A DNA stretch of 64,000 bases. It comes from a virus. Shown piece by piece: positions 8,271-17,433 of the stretch. The stretch is taken from IMG/VR virus record IMGVR_UViG_3300021956_000012. One strand, 5' to 3'. Numbering within the stretch: position 1 is the stretch's first letter; the number at the start of each line of letters is the position of its first letter. The notes under the pieces were generated by a model. That model searched no databases, had not been told where the DNA came from, and worked only from the letters and a program-made list of their open reading frames with translations. Made by a program: the position numbers and the translations under genes.

Positions 8271-9146
8271 TTAAACTCCTTTTAAATCTTCAAGAATTAA
8301 TCTGCGTTCTTGATCAGAAGAGGCTAACCAAGCTTCTTTACTGATCTTTCGTACAATGTACTCAGGTGCATCATACCACATTTCTGGCAACTGCGTAGCA
8401 ATAGCATCAGGATTATTGTACATTACTTCAATAAATTTAGCTGTCATACGCATCAACTTTTTCTTACCTACGTAATAATCAGTCTTTAGTTTACAGCAAT
8501 AGTTATGATCATATGTACCATCGTTTAACATAGGGTATAGCATAAAACCTTCACCACGATCATGCTTTGCAATCTCTAGTGCTTGTTCTAATGTACAATA
8601 AGTACGAGCACCCATAGGATGAAAATAGCCACCATCTTTTTCTCGTACACCTAATAGATGTAAACCTTCACGTTCTTGTACAATATGAGGGTCTTGTGGT
8701 ACTACAACTTCAAATAATGTGCTTACTTCAGGATCAATGACTAGATCATAGTAGTGCCAATCCTGAAGAATTAATTCTTTAGCCCACTTTGCATACTCAC
8801 TGGTAGTTGTACCAGTAGTGGATACAAGAATTTCATCGTTGTGTAAAGTAACACACGCCATAAAGCCGTTGATTTTCTTATACATTTCAACTGGAGTATC
8901 TAATGGCACATCTTTCCAATATCCTCGCTCAAGATAATTAAAACTCTTCTTTGGAGCAGCTTGTACTAATTCATGAGTTTCATTGCAATAAACATGTCCA
9001 CGGCAATTCAATAACTCAGGTACTTTATACCAGAGATAATCGTACATTGCCTTACGAGCGTATTTAAACGTAGTGTACTTGCCATCGTTTCTCATAACGG
9101 CAAGACCACGATTAACTAGCCGCATTTGTTGTTCATAGCTTAACAT
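8271..9146 (-). CDS. RNA ligase, T4 Rnl1-like
   Basis: Motif I KKING, LFEV, EGFML and KLKTDYY nucleotidyltransferase motifs. Confidence 0.8.
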   Translation of the reverse strand: MLSYEQQMRLVNRGLAVMRNDGKYTTFKYARKAMYDYLWYKVPELLNCRGHVYCNETHELVQAAPKKSFNYLERGYWKDVPLDTPVEMYKKINGFMACVTLHNDEILVSTTGTTTSEYAKWAKELILQDWHYYDLVIDPEVSTLFEVVVPQDPHIVQEREGLHLLGVREKDGGYFHPMGARTYCTLEQALEIAKHDRGEGFMLYPMLNDGTYDHNYCCKLKTDYYVGKKKLMRMTAKFIEVMYNNPDAIATQLPEMWYDAPEYIVRKISKEAWLASSDQERRLILEDLKGV

Positions 9147-9549
9147 GAAATTTCCTTTTCATTTGTTCGACTTTTTCATCAGGGCAACCGTGTACGTTCT
9201 TACCATCGTGGTAATTCTCTACGATTAAGCTTACAAACTTAGCGCCGCATTCATCAGCAATATCTTTGTATGTCTGTACTTCCCAATCAGTTACGCTGGT
9301 ATTGGATACTGAAACATTAAAGCCATCTTTTAGAAAGATTTTAGCTGCAGTCTGACAATATTTATGAGCAGCTTGTAGCTTAGTTGGATCAAAATTATAA
9401 TCGAAAGAGTTTGTCTCTTTATTATAAGTCTTGAAATAATCGTCAGCTTCAAGATTGATCAGTGTCATTGCTTGCATGTTCATAGCTTCAGCAAACGTTG
9501 ATTTGCCAGAACCGGGAACGCCTCTGATTAGGTAGAGAGTTGGTTTCAT
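9133..9549 (-). CDS. Polynucleotide kinase (stand-alone P-loop, AAA_33-like)
   Basis: LIRGVPGSGKST, EADDYF, VSNT, NVHGCP. Confidence 0.8.
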   Translation of the reverse strand: MKPTLYLIRGVPGSGKSTFAEAMNMQAMTLINLEADDYFKTYNKETNSFDYNFDPTKLQAAHKYCQTAAKIFLKDGFNVSVSNTSVTDWEVQTYKDIADECGAKFVSLIVENYHDGKNVHGCPDEKVEQMKRKFHVKL

Positions 9550-9719
9550 TAATATTTCTCCAATAGTTCTTTATAACGAGTGAAAATATCTTTCATATGC
9601 GAGTCTAGTTTCTTTTGAGCAGCTGGACGATCTTTGGTTTCTTTCTGCCATGCCTCCCATAGCTCAAGAGCAGTGGAACCTTTCATAAGGACTAAACCTT
9701 TGTAGACAATTTGTTTCAT
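9549..9719 (-). CDS. Hypothetical protein (56 aa, not in ORF track)
   Basis: MKQIVYKGLVLMKGSTALELWEAW...; TAATG overlaps. Confidence 0.5.
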   Translation of the reverse strand: MKQIVYKGLVLMKGSTALELWEAWQKETKDRPAAQKKLDSHMKDIFTRYKELLEKY

Positions 9720-10258
9720 TACTCTTCCAGTGCTTTAAGTTGACGCTCAAGTTCTTCTTTGCGTTTTTGCTTCAAGATGATATCACCCTTAGCTTTAACT
9801 TCATTGTACCATGCAACAATAGTATCTAGACCAAGTTCAACTTGATGCGGTTCAAAATAAAATGTACTGTTCAGAGCATCGTTATGAAACATAGGTACAT
9901 CCTGCATACTGATATGCAGCGTTCTATTGGCATAATTGTACAAGTCTTCACCGAACATGCTAATGCAATTACAGTATACATTAACTGTAATTTGATTTTT
10001 ATAATGGCCTTCATAATTTGTAGGTTCATTTGTACATAGATTAATACCCCATGCGAAGTATACACCTTTGTAATGTGAAGCTAATTCTTCAAAATGCTCG
10101 CCAGTGATTTCATTACTGATAATGCGATCTTTAAACATTGGCAGTTGTTCCACCAGTTGTGTAACTTTCTCGTACTTTTTGCGTTTATTTGCAAGCCTAG
10201 TCTCAAGTTCAGCAATAATTTTAGTCACATCATTTCCTTTCATTTTATTTCCTTTCAA
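9719..10258 (-). CDS. Hypothetical coiled-coil protein
   Basis: ORF track. Confidence 0.65.
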   Translation of the reverse strand: MKGNKMKGNDVTKIIAELETRLANKRKKYEKVTQLVEQLPMFKDRIISNEITGEHFEELASHYKGVYFAWGINLCTNEPTNYEGHYKNQITVNVYCNCISMFGEDLYNYANRTLHISMQDVPMFHNDALNSTFYFEPHQVELGLDTIVAWYNEVKAKGDIILKQKRKEELERQLKALEE

Positions 10259-10371
10259 GTGTCCGTTCTGTAATTCGTCCCTGTCTCTTTATTTAAGACT
10301 CTCAACAAGTTTCGATGGCATTACAGCTTTTTAAACAGGTGGATGTTCCCGTAGAAAGGCGAGAGTCGAAA

Positions 10372-10581
10372 TTATTTGAACCACCAATGAAGTAGGCCAA
10401 ATAAATAGATAGCTGCAGAAGCAGCCTCCACTAGAATCAAAGCTTTGTCTTTGTAGTTAAAGCCTACGATGCACCAGAGTATACCACCGATTGAACCAAA
10501 TATTAGATTCAAAGGAAAAATATTTAGAGAAGTCAGCAGCATACCGATCATATAGAAGATTGTACCAGACCAGCGCAGCAT
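10372..10581 (-). CDS. Small multi-pass membrane protein
   Basis: Three hydrophobic segments. Confidence 0.6.
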   Translation of the reverse strand: MLRWSGTIFYMIGMLLTSLNIFPLNLIFGSIGGILWCIVGFNYKDKALILVEAASAAIYLFGLLHWWFK

Positions 10582-10865
10582 TAGTCTACAATCTCTGTAG
10601 ATACTTCAGTACTAATTGTGTAGTGTATAATAACATGATCTTCCCATTCTTGACCGTAATCATACGCTACAGGACCAATACCTTCAATAAAATTACGCTC
10701 ATCTCTTGTAAGACAAGCAGAAGCGAATTCTACAAGTTCTTCAATACTATCTACCCCAAAGATGCATTCGCTGAATTCTTTGATCAGTTCTGCAGTATTT
10801 GCATTAGGATTAATCTTGATTGTTACTTCTGACTCTACAACTACAGCTGTTTTATATGTTTTCAT
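10581..10865 (-). CDS. Hypothetical protein
   Basis: ORF with AGGA RBS. Confidence 0.6.
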   Translation of the reverse strand: MKTYKTAVVVESEVTIKINPNANTAELIKEFSECIFGVDSIEELVEFASACLTRDERNFIEGIGPVAYDYGQEWEDHVIIHYTISTEVSTEIVD

Positions 10866-10872
10866 AAGTTCC

Positions 10873-11328
10873 TTAAAGTTGATCGTACAATTGTACCATT
10901 ACATTTGATTCTTGCAGCAGTTTAACACCAGAATCATCTCGGTACTGTTGCAGATATACAACTCGCTTAACACCAGCTTGAAGCATCATAGCAGCGCATT
11001 GTACACAAGGTGCAAGAGTTACATAAACAGTAGCATCTACACAACTTACACCTTCACGAGCAGCTTTCATGATGCAGTTTAACTCAGCGTGGATAACTTC
11101 TGGTTTAGTTTTACTTTCAATAAAGCGTTCACCGAAGTTATCAATCATTGTAAAGTGCTCTTCGCATTCGTTAGGACGGCCTACAGCAGTCCCATTGTAG
11201 CCAGTAAGGGTAACACCTTGCCTAGTCACTAGAATCGCTCCTACTTGTGCTCTACGGGCCTTGGAGAGCTTACTGTGCAATATAGCGGTTCCCATGTAGG
11301 TTGCATCAAGGTCTTTTTGATTAGCCAT
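10873..11328 (-). CDS. dCMP deaminase
   Basis: QVGAIL, GYNG, IHAELNCI, PCVQCA. Confidence 0.9.
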   Translation of the reverse strand: MANQKDLDATYMGTAILHSKLSKARRAQVGAILVTRQGVTLTGYNGTAVGRPNECEEHFTMIDNFGERFIESKTKPEVIHAELNCIMKAAREGVSCVDATVYVTLAPCVQCAAMMLQAGVKRVVYLQQYRDDSGVKLLQESNVMVQLYDQL

Positions 11329-11560
11329 GTACTTTTTGAACCTTAATCTTCTTAGGTGTTAATTCTTCTTTTAACTGTAGAACTTCTGTTAATGAATCAA
11401 ACATGCAATATTTAATTACATGCTCAGGTAAGAACCAAGTCCATTGACCATACTCAGGTAGTTCTTTGTAGTCCCATGAGAACATGCTATATTTTCGAAG
11501 ACCATATTTACCATTCTCAAATTGAACAATATGCCATTTAAATGGATTATAAAATTTCAT
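11321..11560 (-). CDS. Hypothetical protein
   Basis: ORF track. Confidence 0.55.
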   Translation of the reverse strand: MKFYNPFKWHIVQFENGKYGLRKYSMFSWDYKELPEYGQWTWFLPEHVIKYCMFDSLTEVLQLKEELTPKKIKVQKVHG

Positions 11561-11891
11561 ACTCTTGCACTCCTATTTCAGATGTATAACGCACAAGCTT
11601 TACGCCAAATCCTTTTAGCATAGCTTGACAAGTTGGACATGGTTTAGCAGTAGCCATTGTACCATCTCCATGAAAGCGTTGAACAAAAACGCTATGAATA
11701 TTCTTACGACCTGACGCAAGTACAGCAGCTAGTTCAGCATGCAATTTATCCTTCTGTTCTGATTCACCAGCTTTAACAGCAAAGTGTTTCATCAAAGGGT
11801 GACTGCGATTGTAGTCATTGACCCCTGTACCTAGCACTTTACCTTTACGATCAAAGCAGGTTGCAACAATTTCATAGCGTTTACGGGTCAT
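11547..11891 (-). CDS. Second zinc-dependent cytidine-deaminase-fold protein
   Basis: LHAELAAV...AKPCPTCQAML. Confidence 0.75.
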   Translation of the reverse strand: MTRKRYEIVATCFDRKGKVLGTGVNDYNRSHPLMKHFAVKAGESEQKDKLHAELAAVLASGRKNIHSVFVQRFHGDGTMATAKPCPTCQAMLKGFGVKLVRYTSEIGVQEYEIL

Positions 11892-12310
11892 TTACTCTTT
11901 TGTTTCTTCAGTTTGTGTTGGATACGTGCAAGTTTAGCATGATCTTTCTTTACTTTGCGTTGTGTATCTCGCAAGAAATTCATGCGTTCAAATACAGTAG
12001 CTGTATCTGCATTGTCAGGGTCAGAATAACGCCAGAGAGTGTCAATGTCTCGCTTCAAGATAGATAGTACTTCTTCATCATTACGAAGCACTGCAGCAAG
12101 TCCTGTAGTCAACGATTGGATTTCATCTTGCGTAAGAGCGTAAGGACTAGTTGGGTTATAATGTGCGCTCTTTAGCAACAAAGCTTCTTGCGTAGGTTTA
12201 CCTTGCATGGCTCGTTCAGCTTTCTCCCATACAATCTCAGCTAGACTTAGTTCACCGTCTTCAAGACCCATGCGGTCAACCATGTTAGCAAATTCAGGTT
12301 TCAAGATCAT
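11888..12310 (-). CDS. Hypothetical protein, first gene of leftward operon
   Basis: AAAGGAA RBS before ATG 12310. Confidence 0.65.
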   Translation of the reverse strand: MILKPEFANMVDRMGLEDGELSLAEIVWEKAERAMQGKPTQEALLLKSAHYNPTSPYALTQDEIQSLTTGLAAVLRNDEEVLSILKRDIDTLWRYSDPDNADTATVFERMNFLRDTQRKVKKDHAKLARIQHKLKKQKSK

Positions 12311-12341
12311 TTCAGTTCCTTTCAAAGTTGTTGAAGCCTCG

Positions 12342-12370
12342 ATCATAGCACAGAAAATTTTTCAAAACAA
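12342..12370 (-). promoter_or_regulatory. Leftward promoter of the divergent pair
   Basis: TTGTTT-17-TATGAT with TGn. Confidence 0.65.
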
Positions 12371-12374
12371 GTAC

Positions 12375-12402
12375 TTGACAAGAAATTTTTTAGGAGTACA
12401 AT
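12375..12402 (+). promoter_or_regulatory. Rightward promoter of the divergent pair
   Basis: TTGACA-16-TACAAT; the -35 boxes meet in palindrome CAAGTACTTG 12368-12377. Confidence 0.7.
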
Positions 12403-12407
12403 CCAAA

Positions 12408-12515
12408 ACGGGACGAGGGACGGAGGGATCGGCAGGGAACTCGACAAGGAACTCAACTTCAGAATCTAACTTCAGAATATAACTTATGTATTAACTAACG
12501 TTATAACTGAAGTTT
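12408..12515 (+). repeat. Degenerate tandem repeats, candidate replication origin
   Basis: GGGAC/GGGAT/GGAAC units, then 12-13 nt AACT-initiated units (aacttcagaatct, aacttcagaatat...) ending in inverted ctgaagtt. Confidence 0.5.
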
Positions 12516-12549
12516 AATGCAAGTTTTTAACACTAAAAGGAGTAATGAA

Positions 12550-12846
12550 ATGAATACAGTAATTTGTAATGAATGCGAGACAGTAGCGCATTGTATGAAA
12601 AATGGTTGCATTCCTAAAGTACCACAGAAGCCAGTCGTGCATTACGTAGGTACACCGGAGTTTTGGAACTGGAATGAAAACCCTACACAACCTGTAGCAA
12701 GTCTACCGCTAGTCTTAGATCATCCAAGGTTAGGTAAATGTTTGAATGTTCGCACTTCTATTGTGTTGCATAAGTATTTTGATGGTACAATCGAGACTAT
12801 GAACACGATTTACAAACCAGTAGCACAGGAGTTAATGGGATCATGA
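12550..12846 (+). CDS. Hypothetical protein
   Basis: CNEC...C motif; AAGGAG RBS. Confidence 0.6.
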   Translation: MNTVICNECETVAHCMKNGCIPKVPQKPVVHYVGTPEFWNWNENPTQPVASLPLVLDHPRLGKCLNVRTSIVLHKYFDGTIETMNTIYKPVAQELMGS

Positions 12847-13016
12847 AGATTAAGAAAACAGACGTTAAAAATGTTCGTCTAACTTGGCAAGAAATCAAAA
12901 GTGATGGTACAATCTCAAATCGTACTTATGCTTGTGATGATAAAAGTGCAATCTGGCATCTGATGCAAATGCGTAAGAGTCCTTCTTTGCGTGATATTAA
13001 AATGGAGAAACTATGA
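12843..13016 (+). CDS. Hypothetical protein (57 aa, not in ORF track)
   Basis: MKIKKTDVKNVRLTWQEIKSDG...; ATGA overlaps at both ends. Confidence 0.5.
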   Translation: MKIKKTDVKNVRLTWQEIKSDGTISNRTYACDDKSAIWHLMQMRKSPSLRDIKMEKL

Positions 13017-13252
13017 TTAGCTGGAACGAGTTCTTGTCTTCTATAACTGAAGATGAGTTTAGAGCAATAATTCTAGATCATGAAAAATTTTCTAATGATG
13101 GTTTTATCGGTGACTGCACTCTTAGAGTTATAACTAGACGTTGGATTGATAACATAAATAGTACTGCAAATGTAACTATTTGGATGGATAGAATTGCATT
13201 TGAGGCTTATAAATATTTTGCTAATAAATATCTAACAAAGGAGGAACTATGA
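13013..13252 (+). CDS. Hypothetical protein
   Basis: ORF with GGAG RBS. Confidence 0.6.
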   Translation: MISWNEFLSSITEDEFRAIILDHEKFSNDGFIGDCTLRVITRRWIDNINSTANVTIWMDRIAFEAYKYFANKYLTKEEL

Positions 13253-13545
13253 AACAAATTTTTACTAAGAAATATTGGCTAATCAAACGAGCCAACTGGC
13301 GTATTACCAAGTTCCAGTATTTCTATTCTTGGAAAAATACTCTAAAGCTAATCTTTGCTTTTACAGTAGTTCTGCCTACTTTATTTATTTTTGTTGTAAT
13401 CCCAAAGTGGATCATCGATAAAATTGACGATCTTGTCCGAGACAATATGCCATCGTTTCTAAAAGTAGATGAAAATCCAGAGTGGTATAACATGAGTGGA
13501 TATCAACGCAAAGAATTCATGCTTAAACTTAAAGATTGGGAGTAA
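13249..13545 (+). CDS. Hypothetical membrane protein
   Basis: Central TM helix; GGAGG RBS. Confidence 0.6.
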   Translation: MKQIFTKKYWLIKRANWRITKFQYFYSWKNTLKLIFAFTVVLPTLFIFVVIPKWIIDKIDDLVRDNMPSFLKVDENPEWYNMSGYQRKEFMLKLKDWE

Positions 13546-13546
13546 T

Positions 13547-13711
13547 ATGAAATATTTTGTAACATTGAAATACGAAGAGACTATTGAAGTCGAAGCTGCC
13601 GATGAAAGTGCAGCAATCTTTAAAGCTCAACTCATGTTTGATCCAACTAGTGATGGTCCTACGTTGGTTGAAGTATGGTCTGACGAAGAAGAGGATTACC
13701 ATGAATTCTGA
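13547..13711 (+). CDS. Hypothetical protein
   Basis: GGGAG RBS before ATG 13547. Confidence 0.55.
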   Translation: MKYFVTLKYEETIEVEAADESAAIFKAQLMFDPTSDGPTLVEVWSDEEEDYHEF

Positions 13712-14102
13712 TCAAATTATTTGCAATGCAATTATGACTCCTGACGGTACTTACTTGCGTAGTTACCATCGACATGATTACAAAGAACACGTAGATAAAG
13801 TATCTGGTGAAACTTACATGGTAGATGGTGGTACAGCTTACATTCGCCGTAGTATAAATACAACACCTGCTACTATTATGGATGTATATCTAAGTGATTC
13901 TTTTGAGAAGATTCGTCAAGCTTTCGTATGGAAATCTTACGGTAAGAATGGAGAACATATACCTCATGGTATTTATTTAACATTGCATGCTATGGATACC
14001 GACCATATTCATGCTATACTTGACACTCAGCATCAGATCAAAGGTACGTATGTCGAAGAACTGATGGTTAAAGAACTGGCTTATCGAAAGGAGCGTTTAT
14101 GA
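13701..14102 (+). CDS. Conserved phage hypothetical protein (SYHRHDY...VDGG motif)
   Basis: Motif recalled as common in phage proteins; GAGG RBS. Confidence 0.6.
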   Translation: MNSDQIICNAIMTPDGTYLRSYHRHDYKEHVDKVSGETYMVDGGTAYIRRSINTTPATIMDVYLSDSFEKIRQAFVWKSYGKNGEHIPHGIYLTLHAMDTDHIHAILDTQHQIKGTYVEELMVKELAYRKERL

Positions 14103-14296
14103 AACAGCCAGATAATTTCGTAGATGCAATGAGCCGTATTGCTGCAGTCAAATCTATATTGATCAACGGTGGTTATCATATGTCAGATCGTGATCTGCAT
14201 TTAGCTAACCGCTTACAAAGCATTCTACTAGCTTGTCATGAAGCTAAAGAGTATTACAATGAATTTGGTAACTTAAAGGAACAAAATGACATTTGA
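14099..14296 (+). CDS. Hypothetical protein
   Basis: AGGAG RBS. Confidence 0.55.
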   Translation: MKQPDNFVDAMSRIAAVKSILINGGYHMSDRDLHLANRLQSILLACHEAKEYYNEFGNLKEQNDI

Positions 14297-14480
14297 AAAT
14301 TGGCTATTTACTACTAGCTCTAAGAAGTATTCTTTGCAAGGGAAACCTCTTCCTCTGTGCACTGTGATGTTGTATCATTTTTCTAGCCACGATGGAAATA
14401 AATACGATGAACTATGTGTAGTTCTTGAAGAAGCATATAATGCAGGTAAGGCAGAAGGAGAGAAGAATGTCGGACGTTGA
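14286..14480 (+). CDS. Hypothetical protein
   Basis: AAGGA RBS. Confidence 0.55.
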   Translation: MTFENWLFTTSSKKYSLQGKPLPLCTVMLYHFSSHDGNKYDELCVVLEEAYNAGKAEGEKNVGR

Positions 14481-14604
14481 AAAATTTTGGACTAAAGTAG
14501 CTGCACAGTTTGGTAGCAAACGCACTTGGCATGAGTTGAACCCAATGGAACAACAAATGGTTATCCAAGGCATCAATATGATTTTGCAGGTGGCACATCA
14601 ATGA
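14467..14604 (+). CDS. Hypothetical protein (45 aa, not in ORF track)
   Basis: MSDVEKFWTKVAAQFG...; AGGAG RBS. Confidence 0.5.
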   Translation: MSDVEKFWTKVAAQFGSKRTWHELNPMEQQMVIQGINMILQVAHQ

Positions 14605-14747
14605 GTACAGTAACTATTTCTCAAGAAGAATATGATGAACTTCTCGAACGATCTATGTGGCTAGATGCATTAGAATGTGCTGGCGTTGATAATTGGGAAG
14701 GTCATGATATAGCTCTAGAACTTTTTCACGAATGGAGTCAAGAATGA
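14601..14747 (+). CDS. Hypothetical protein (48 aa, not in ORF track)
   Basis: MSTVTISQEEYDELLERS...GVDNWEG. Confidence 0.55.
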   Translation: MSTVTISQEEYDELLERSMWLDALECAGVDNWEGHDIALELFHEWSQE

Positions 14748-14965
14748 AATTACGCATTATTCGAAAATCAGAATACAGTTGGTTTTGGGATCATTGGGAA
14801 ATTGTGTATAAAGTACAACTCAAAGAATTCTTTTGGTGGAAAACTATCGGTAGACATTTAACTGAAGGTGCAGCAGAAGAAACGCTTGAACGTGAAGTAC
14901 ATCGTCAAAAAACTAGTTATTTAAAGAATATTAAAACTACAGTAGTAAAGGAAGTTGAAGTATGA
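14744..14965 (+). CDS. Hypothetical protein
   Basis: GGAG RBS, ATGA overlap. Confidence 0.55.
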   Translation: MKLRIIRKSEYSWFWDHWEIVYKVQLKEFFWWKTIGRHLTEGAAEETLEREVHRQKTSYLKNIKTTVVKEVEV

Positions 14966-15072
14966 CATTTCCAAAATTAATTTGGCAATCACCTAAGCTT
15001 TTCTACTATGCTGGTGTATACTTGAAGCTTGGCAACAAACGCTATCGCATTTTTAAAGTAGGAGAACACTGA
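14962..15072 (+). CDS. Hypothetical protein (36 aa)
   Basis: MTFPKLIWQSPKLFYYAG...; fills the gap before the ligase. Confidence 0.4.
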   Translation: MTFPKLIWQSPKLFYYAGVYLKLGNKRYRIFKVGEH

Positions 15073-15968
15073 TGACAATCCCTGAAGGTTTCAAACCACA
15101 ACTTGCTATCGAGCACACAAAAGTTAAGACACAACCTAGCAATATGTACATGTCTGAAAAGCTTGATGGCATTCGCTGTATCATCTTTGGTGGTGTAGCT
15201 TATAGCCGGAGCCTCAAGCGCATCCCTAACCTGAGTATTCAAGCTTATGTTAACCATCATGCAGAAGCGATGGAAGGTATGGATGGTGAACTTATCGTAG
15301 GTGATAAGAATGCATCTGATGTATTTAACCAAAGTACTTCTGGAGTGATGCGTATTGAAGGTGAACCTGACTTTACCTTTTGGGTGTTTGATCAGTTTCA
15401 TCCTACAGCTAATTGGCTTGAGCGTTATGCACGTTTGGTGAATCATAGTAGACTACCTAATCGTGTAGCACTTTTGGTTCACTATCCAGTAGAAGATATG
15501 TTTAACATTGATGAATTTGAACGTGATATGCTGGCGCAGGGTGCTGAAGGTATCATGCTGCGAGATTCTGACGCTAAATACAAATGCGGTCGATCTGGTA
15601 CAAAGAATCCTGAACTACAAAAAGTAAAACGCTTTGTTGACAATGAATTTGAAATCATTGGTTGGGAGCCTAAGTACACCAACACTAATGCTGCAAAGAC
15701 TAATGAATTAGGACGTACAGAACGCTCTACAGCTAAGGAAGGTATGGTAGCATTAGACACGATGGGATCGTTGATTCTACGCACCTCTAAAGGCGATACA
15801 TTCAGTTGTGGCAGTGGTATGACTGATGCAATCCGAGAAGACTTGTGGGAACGCAGAGAAACATTGATTGGTCAACTTGCAAAAGTTAAATATTTTGACG
15901 TTGGAACAGGTTACTCCGTGCCTAGATTCCCGGTGTTGGTTGGCATTCGACATAAGGATGATATTTAA
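15072..15968 (+). CDS. ATP-dependent DNA ligase
   Basis: SEKLDGIRC, MDGEL, EGIMLR, KVK motifs and OB-fold tail PRFPV. Confidence 0.92.
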   Translation: MTIPEGFKPQLAIEHTKVKTQPSNMYMSEKLDGIRCIIFGGVAYSRSLKRIPNLSIQAYVNHHAEAMEGMDGELIVGDKNASDVFNQSTSGVMRIEGEPDFTFWVFDQFHPTANWLERYARLVNHSRLPNRVALLVHYPVEDMFNIDEFERDMLAQGAEGIMLRDSDAKYKCGRSGTKNPELQKVKRFVDNEFEIIGWEPKYTNTNAAKTNELGRTERSTAKEGMVALDTMGSLILRTSKGDTFSCGSGMTDAIREDLWERRETLIGQLAKVKYFDVGTGYSVPRFPVLVGIRHKDDI

Positions 15969-15969
15969 T

Positions 15970-16389
15970 ATGCCATTAAGACGTGTGTGTATTGATTGCA
16001 CTGGAAAATGCTATCCAAAATATGAAACAACTCAACCACGATGTAGAGTATGTACAGTTAAACACAAAGCACTAAATGCAAAGTTTAAAACACGTAGAGA
16101 ATATGCAAGAGATTGGACATTGCGAAAGAAATATAATATTGACTCGCAAGGTTTTGATGTTTTGTGGTATGCTTTTAAAGGTAAGTGTGGTATCTGTGAA
16201 CGAGAGTTAATTCTTCCAGAAAGTACACAAGGACAAGGACCGTCTTCAGCTTGTGTCGATCATGATCATCGGACAGGTAATATAAGAGGTTTGTTGTGCA
16301 ATTCTTGTAATAAGGCTCTTGGTCTTTTTCAAGATAGTTTTGAAATATGTAGTAAAGCTTTAAATTGGTTAGGAGGAAAACATGAGTGA
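15970..16389 (+). CDS. Endonuclease VII-type freestanding homing endonuclease
   Basis: CGIC...VDHDHRTGNIRGLLCNSCNKALG. Confidence 0.85.
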   Translation: MPLRRVCIDCTGKCYPKYETTQPRCRVCTVKHKALNAKFKTRREYARDWTLRKKYNIDSQGFDVLWYAFKGKCGICERELILPESTQGQGPSSACVDHDHRTGNIRGLLCNSCNKALGLFQDSFEICSKALNWLGGKHE

Positions 16390-17431
16390 GAGAAAACTTG
16401 CAACGATTCATAAGATTACAGCAATCAAAGAAATTCCCGGTGCTGAGAGCATCTGCGGTTATGAGGTCGGTGGTTGGATTGTAGTGGACTCTATTGGTAA
16501 ATATGAAGTAGATCAGTTGGTCGTATTCTTGGAAATTGACAGTTTTGTGCCAACAGAACTTGCACCATTCCTAACTAAACCCGGACACTTTCCAAAGGTA
16601 TTTGAAGGTGTAGAGGGTGAACGTCTGCGTACAATTAAACTACGTGGTCAAATTTCACAAGGACTATTGCTACCAATTAAATCTATTGATGCATTTAAAA
16701 CTCTAAGTTCTGGTGAAGACGATAGTTTTGATTTGTGTCCAGATTTTGATGTAACCGAACTACTCGGTATTCTAAAATGGGAGAAACCAATTCCTGCTCA
16801 ACTTGCTGGTCAAGTTCGTGGTAACTTCCCTTCACTAGTACCAAAGACTGACCAAGAGCGTGTACAAAATCTTGTAAAAGAATTCAATGGTATATTCCAA
16901 GAAGATACTTGGTCTATCACTGAAAAACTTGATGGTTCTTCTGCTACTTTCTATCTTGATGATGAAGACGTATTTCACGTATGCTCACGCAACCTTGATC
17001 TGAAAGAAGACGAAGCAAATTCATTCTGGAAAGTAGCACGTAAGTTTCAAATTGAAGATATTATGCGGCGTAATTTTATGCTTGGCATGGCTATTCAAGG
17101 TGAAATGATCGGTGAAGGCATCCAAGGCAACCAGTACAAAACACAGCTTGACTTCTACGTCTATGACATGTACAATACACGAACAGGGCAATACATCTTG
17201 CCTGTACAGCTTAAAGCTGCATGTGAACGTCTTGGTCTAAAGCACGTACCTATCTTGGTCGAAGCTACTGAAATTAAAGAGCAAACTATCCAAAGCATTA
17301 TTGATTTTGCTGAGGGTAAGTCTGTATTAAATGGTAGTGAACGAGAAGGTGTTGTGTTTAAGAGCAATACTGTACATGATCGCAGTTTTAAGTCAATTAG
17401 TAACAAATGGTTGATTAAGACAGGAGATTAA
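16382..17431 (+). CDS. RNA ligase, Rnl2/DRB0094-like
   Basis: N-terminal OB-like RKLATI; TEKLDGSS, QGEM, REGVVFK, FKSISN. Confidence 0.85.
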   Translation: MSERKLATIHKITAIKEIPGAESICGYEVGGWIVVDSIGKYEVDQLVVFLEIDSFVPTELAPFLTKPGHFPKVFEGVEGERLRTIKLRGQISQGLLLPIKSIDAFKTLSSGEDDSFDLCPDFDVTELLGILKWEKPIPAQLAGQVRGNFPSLVPKTDQERVQNLVKEFNGIFQEDTWSITEKLDGSSATFYLDDEDVFHVCSRNLDLKEDEANSFWKVARKFQIEDIMRRNFMLGMAIQGEMIGEGIQGNQYKTQLDFYVYDMYNTRTGQYILPVQLKAACERLGLKHVPILVEATEIKEQTIQSIIDFAEGKSVLNGSEREGVVFKSNTVHDRSFKSISNKWLIKTGD

Positions 17432-17433
17432 TT

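Noticed and set aside
12455-12515. CRISPR mini-array
   Set aside because: Units are 12-13 nt, degenerate and have no spacers
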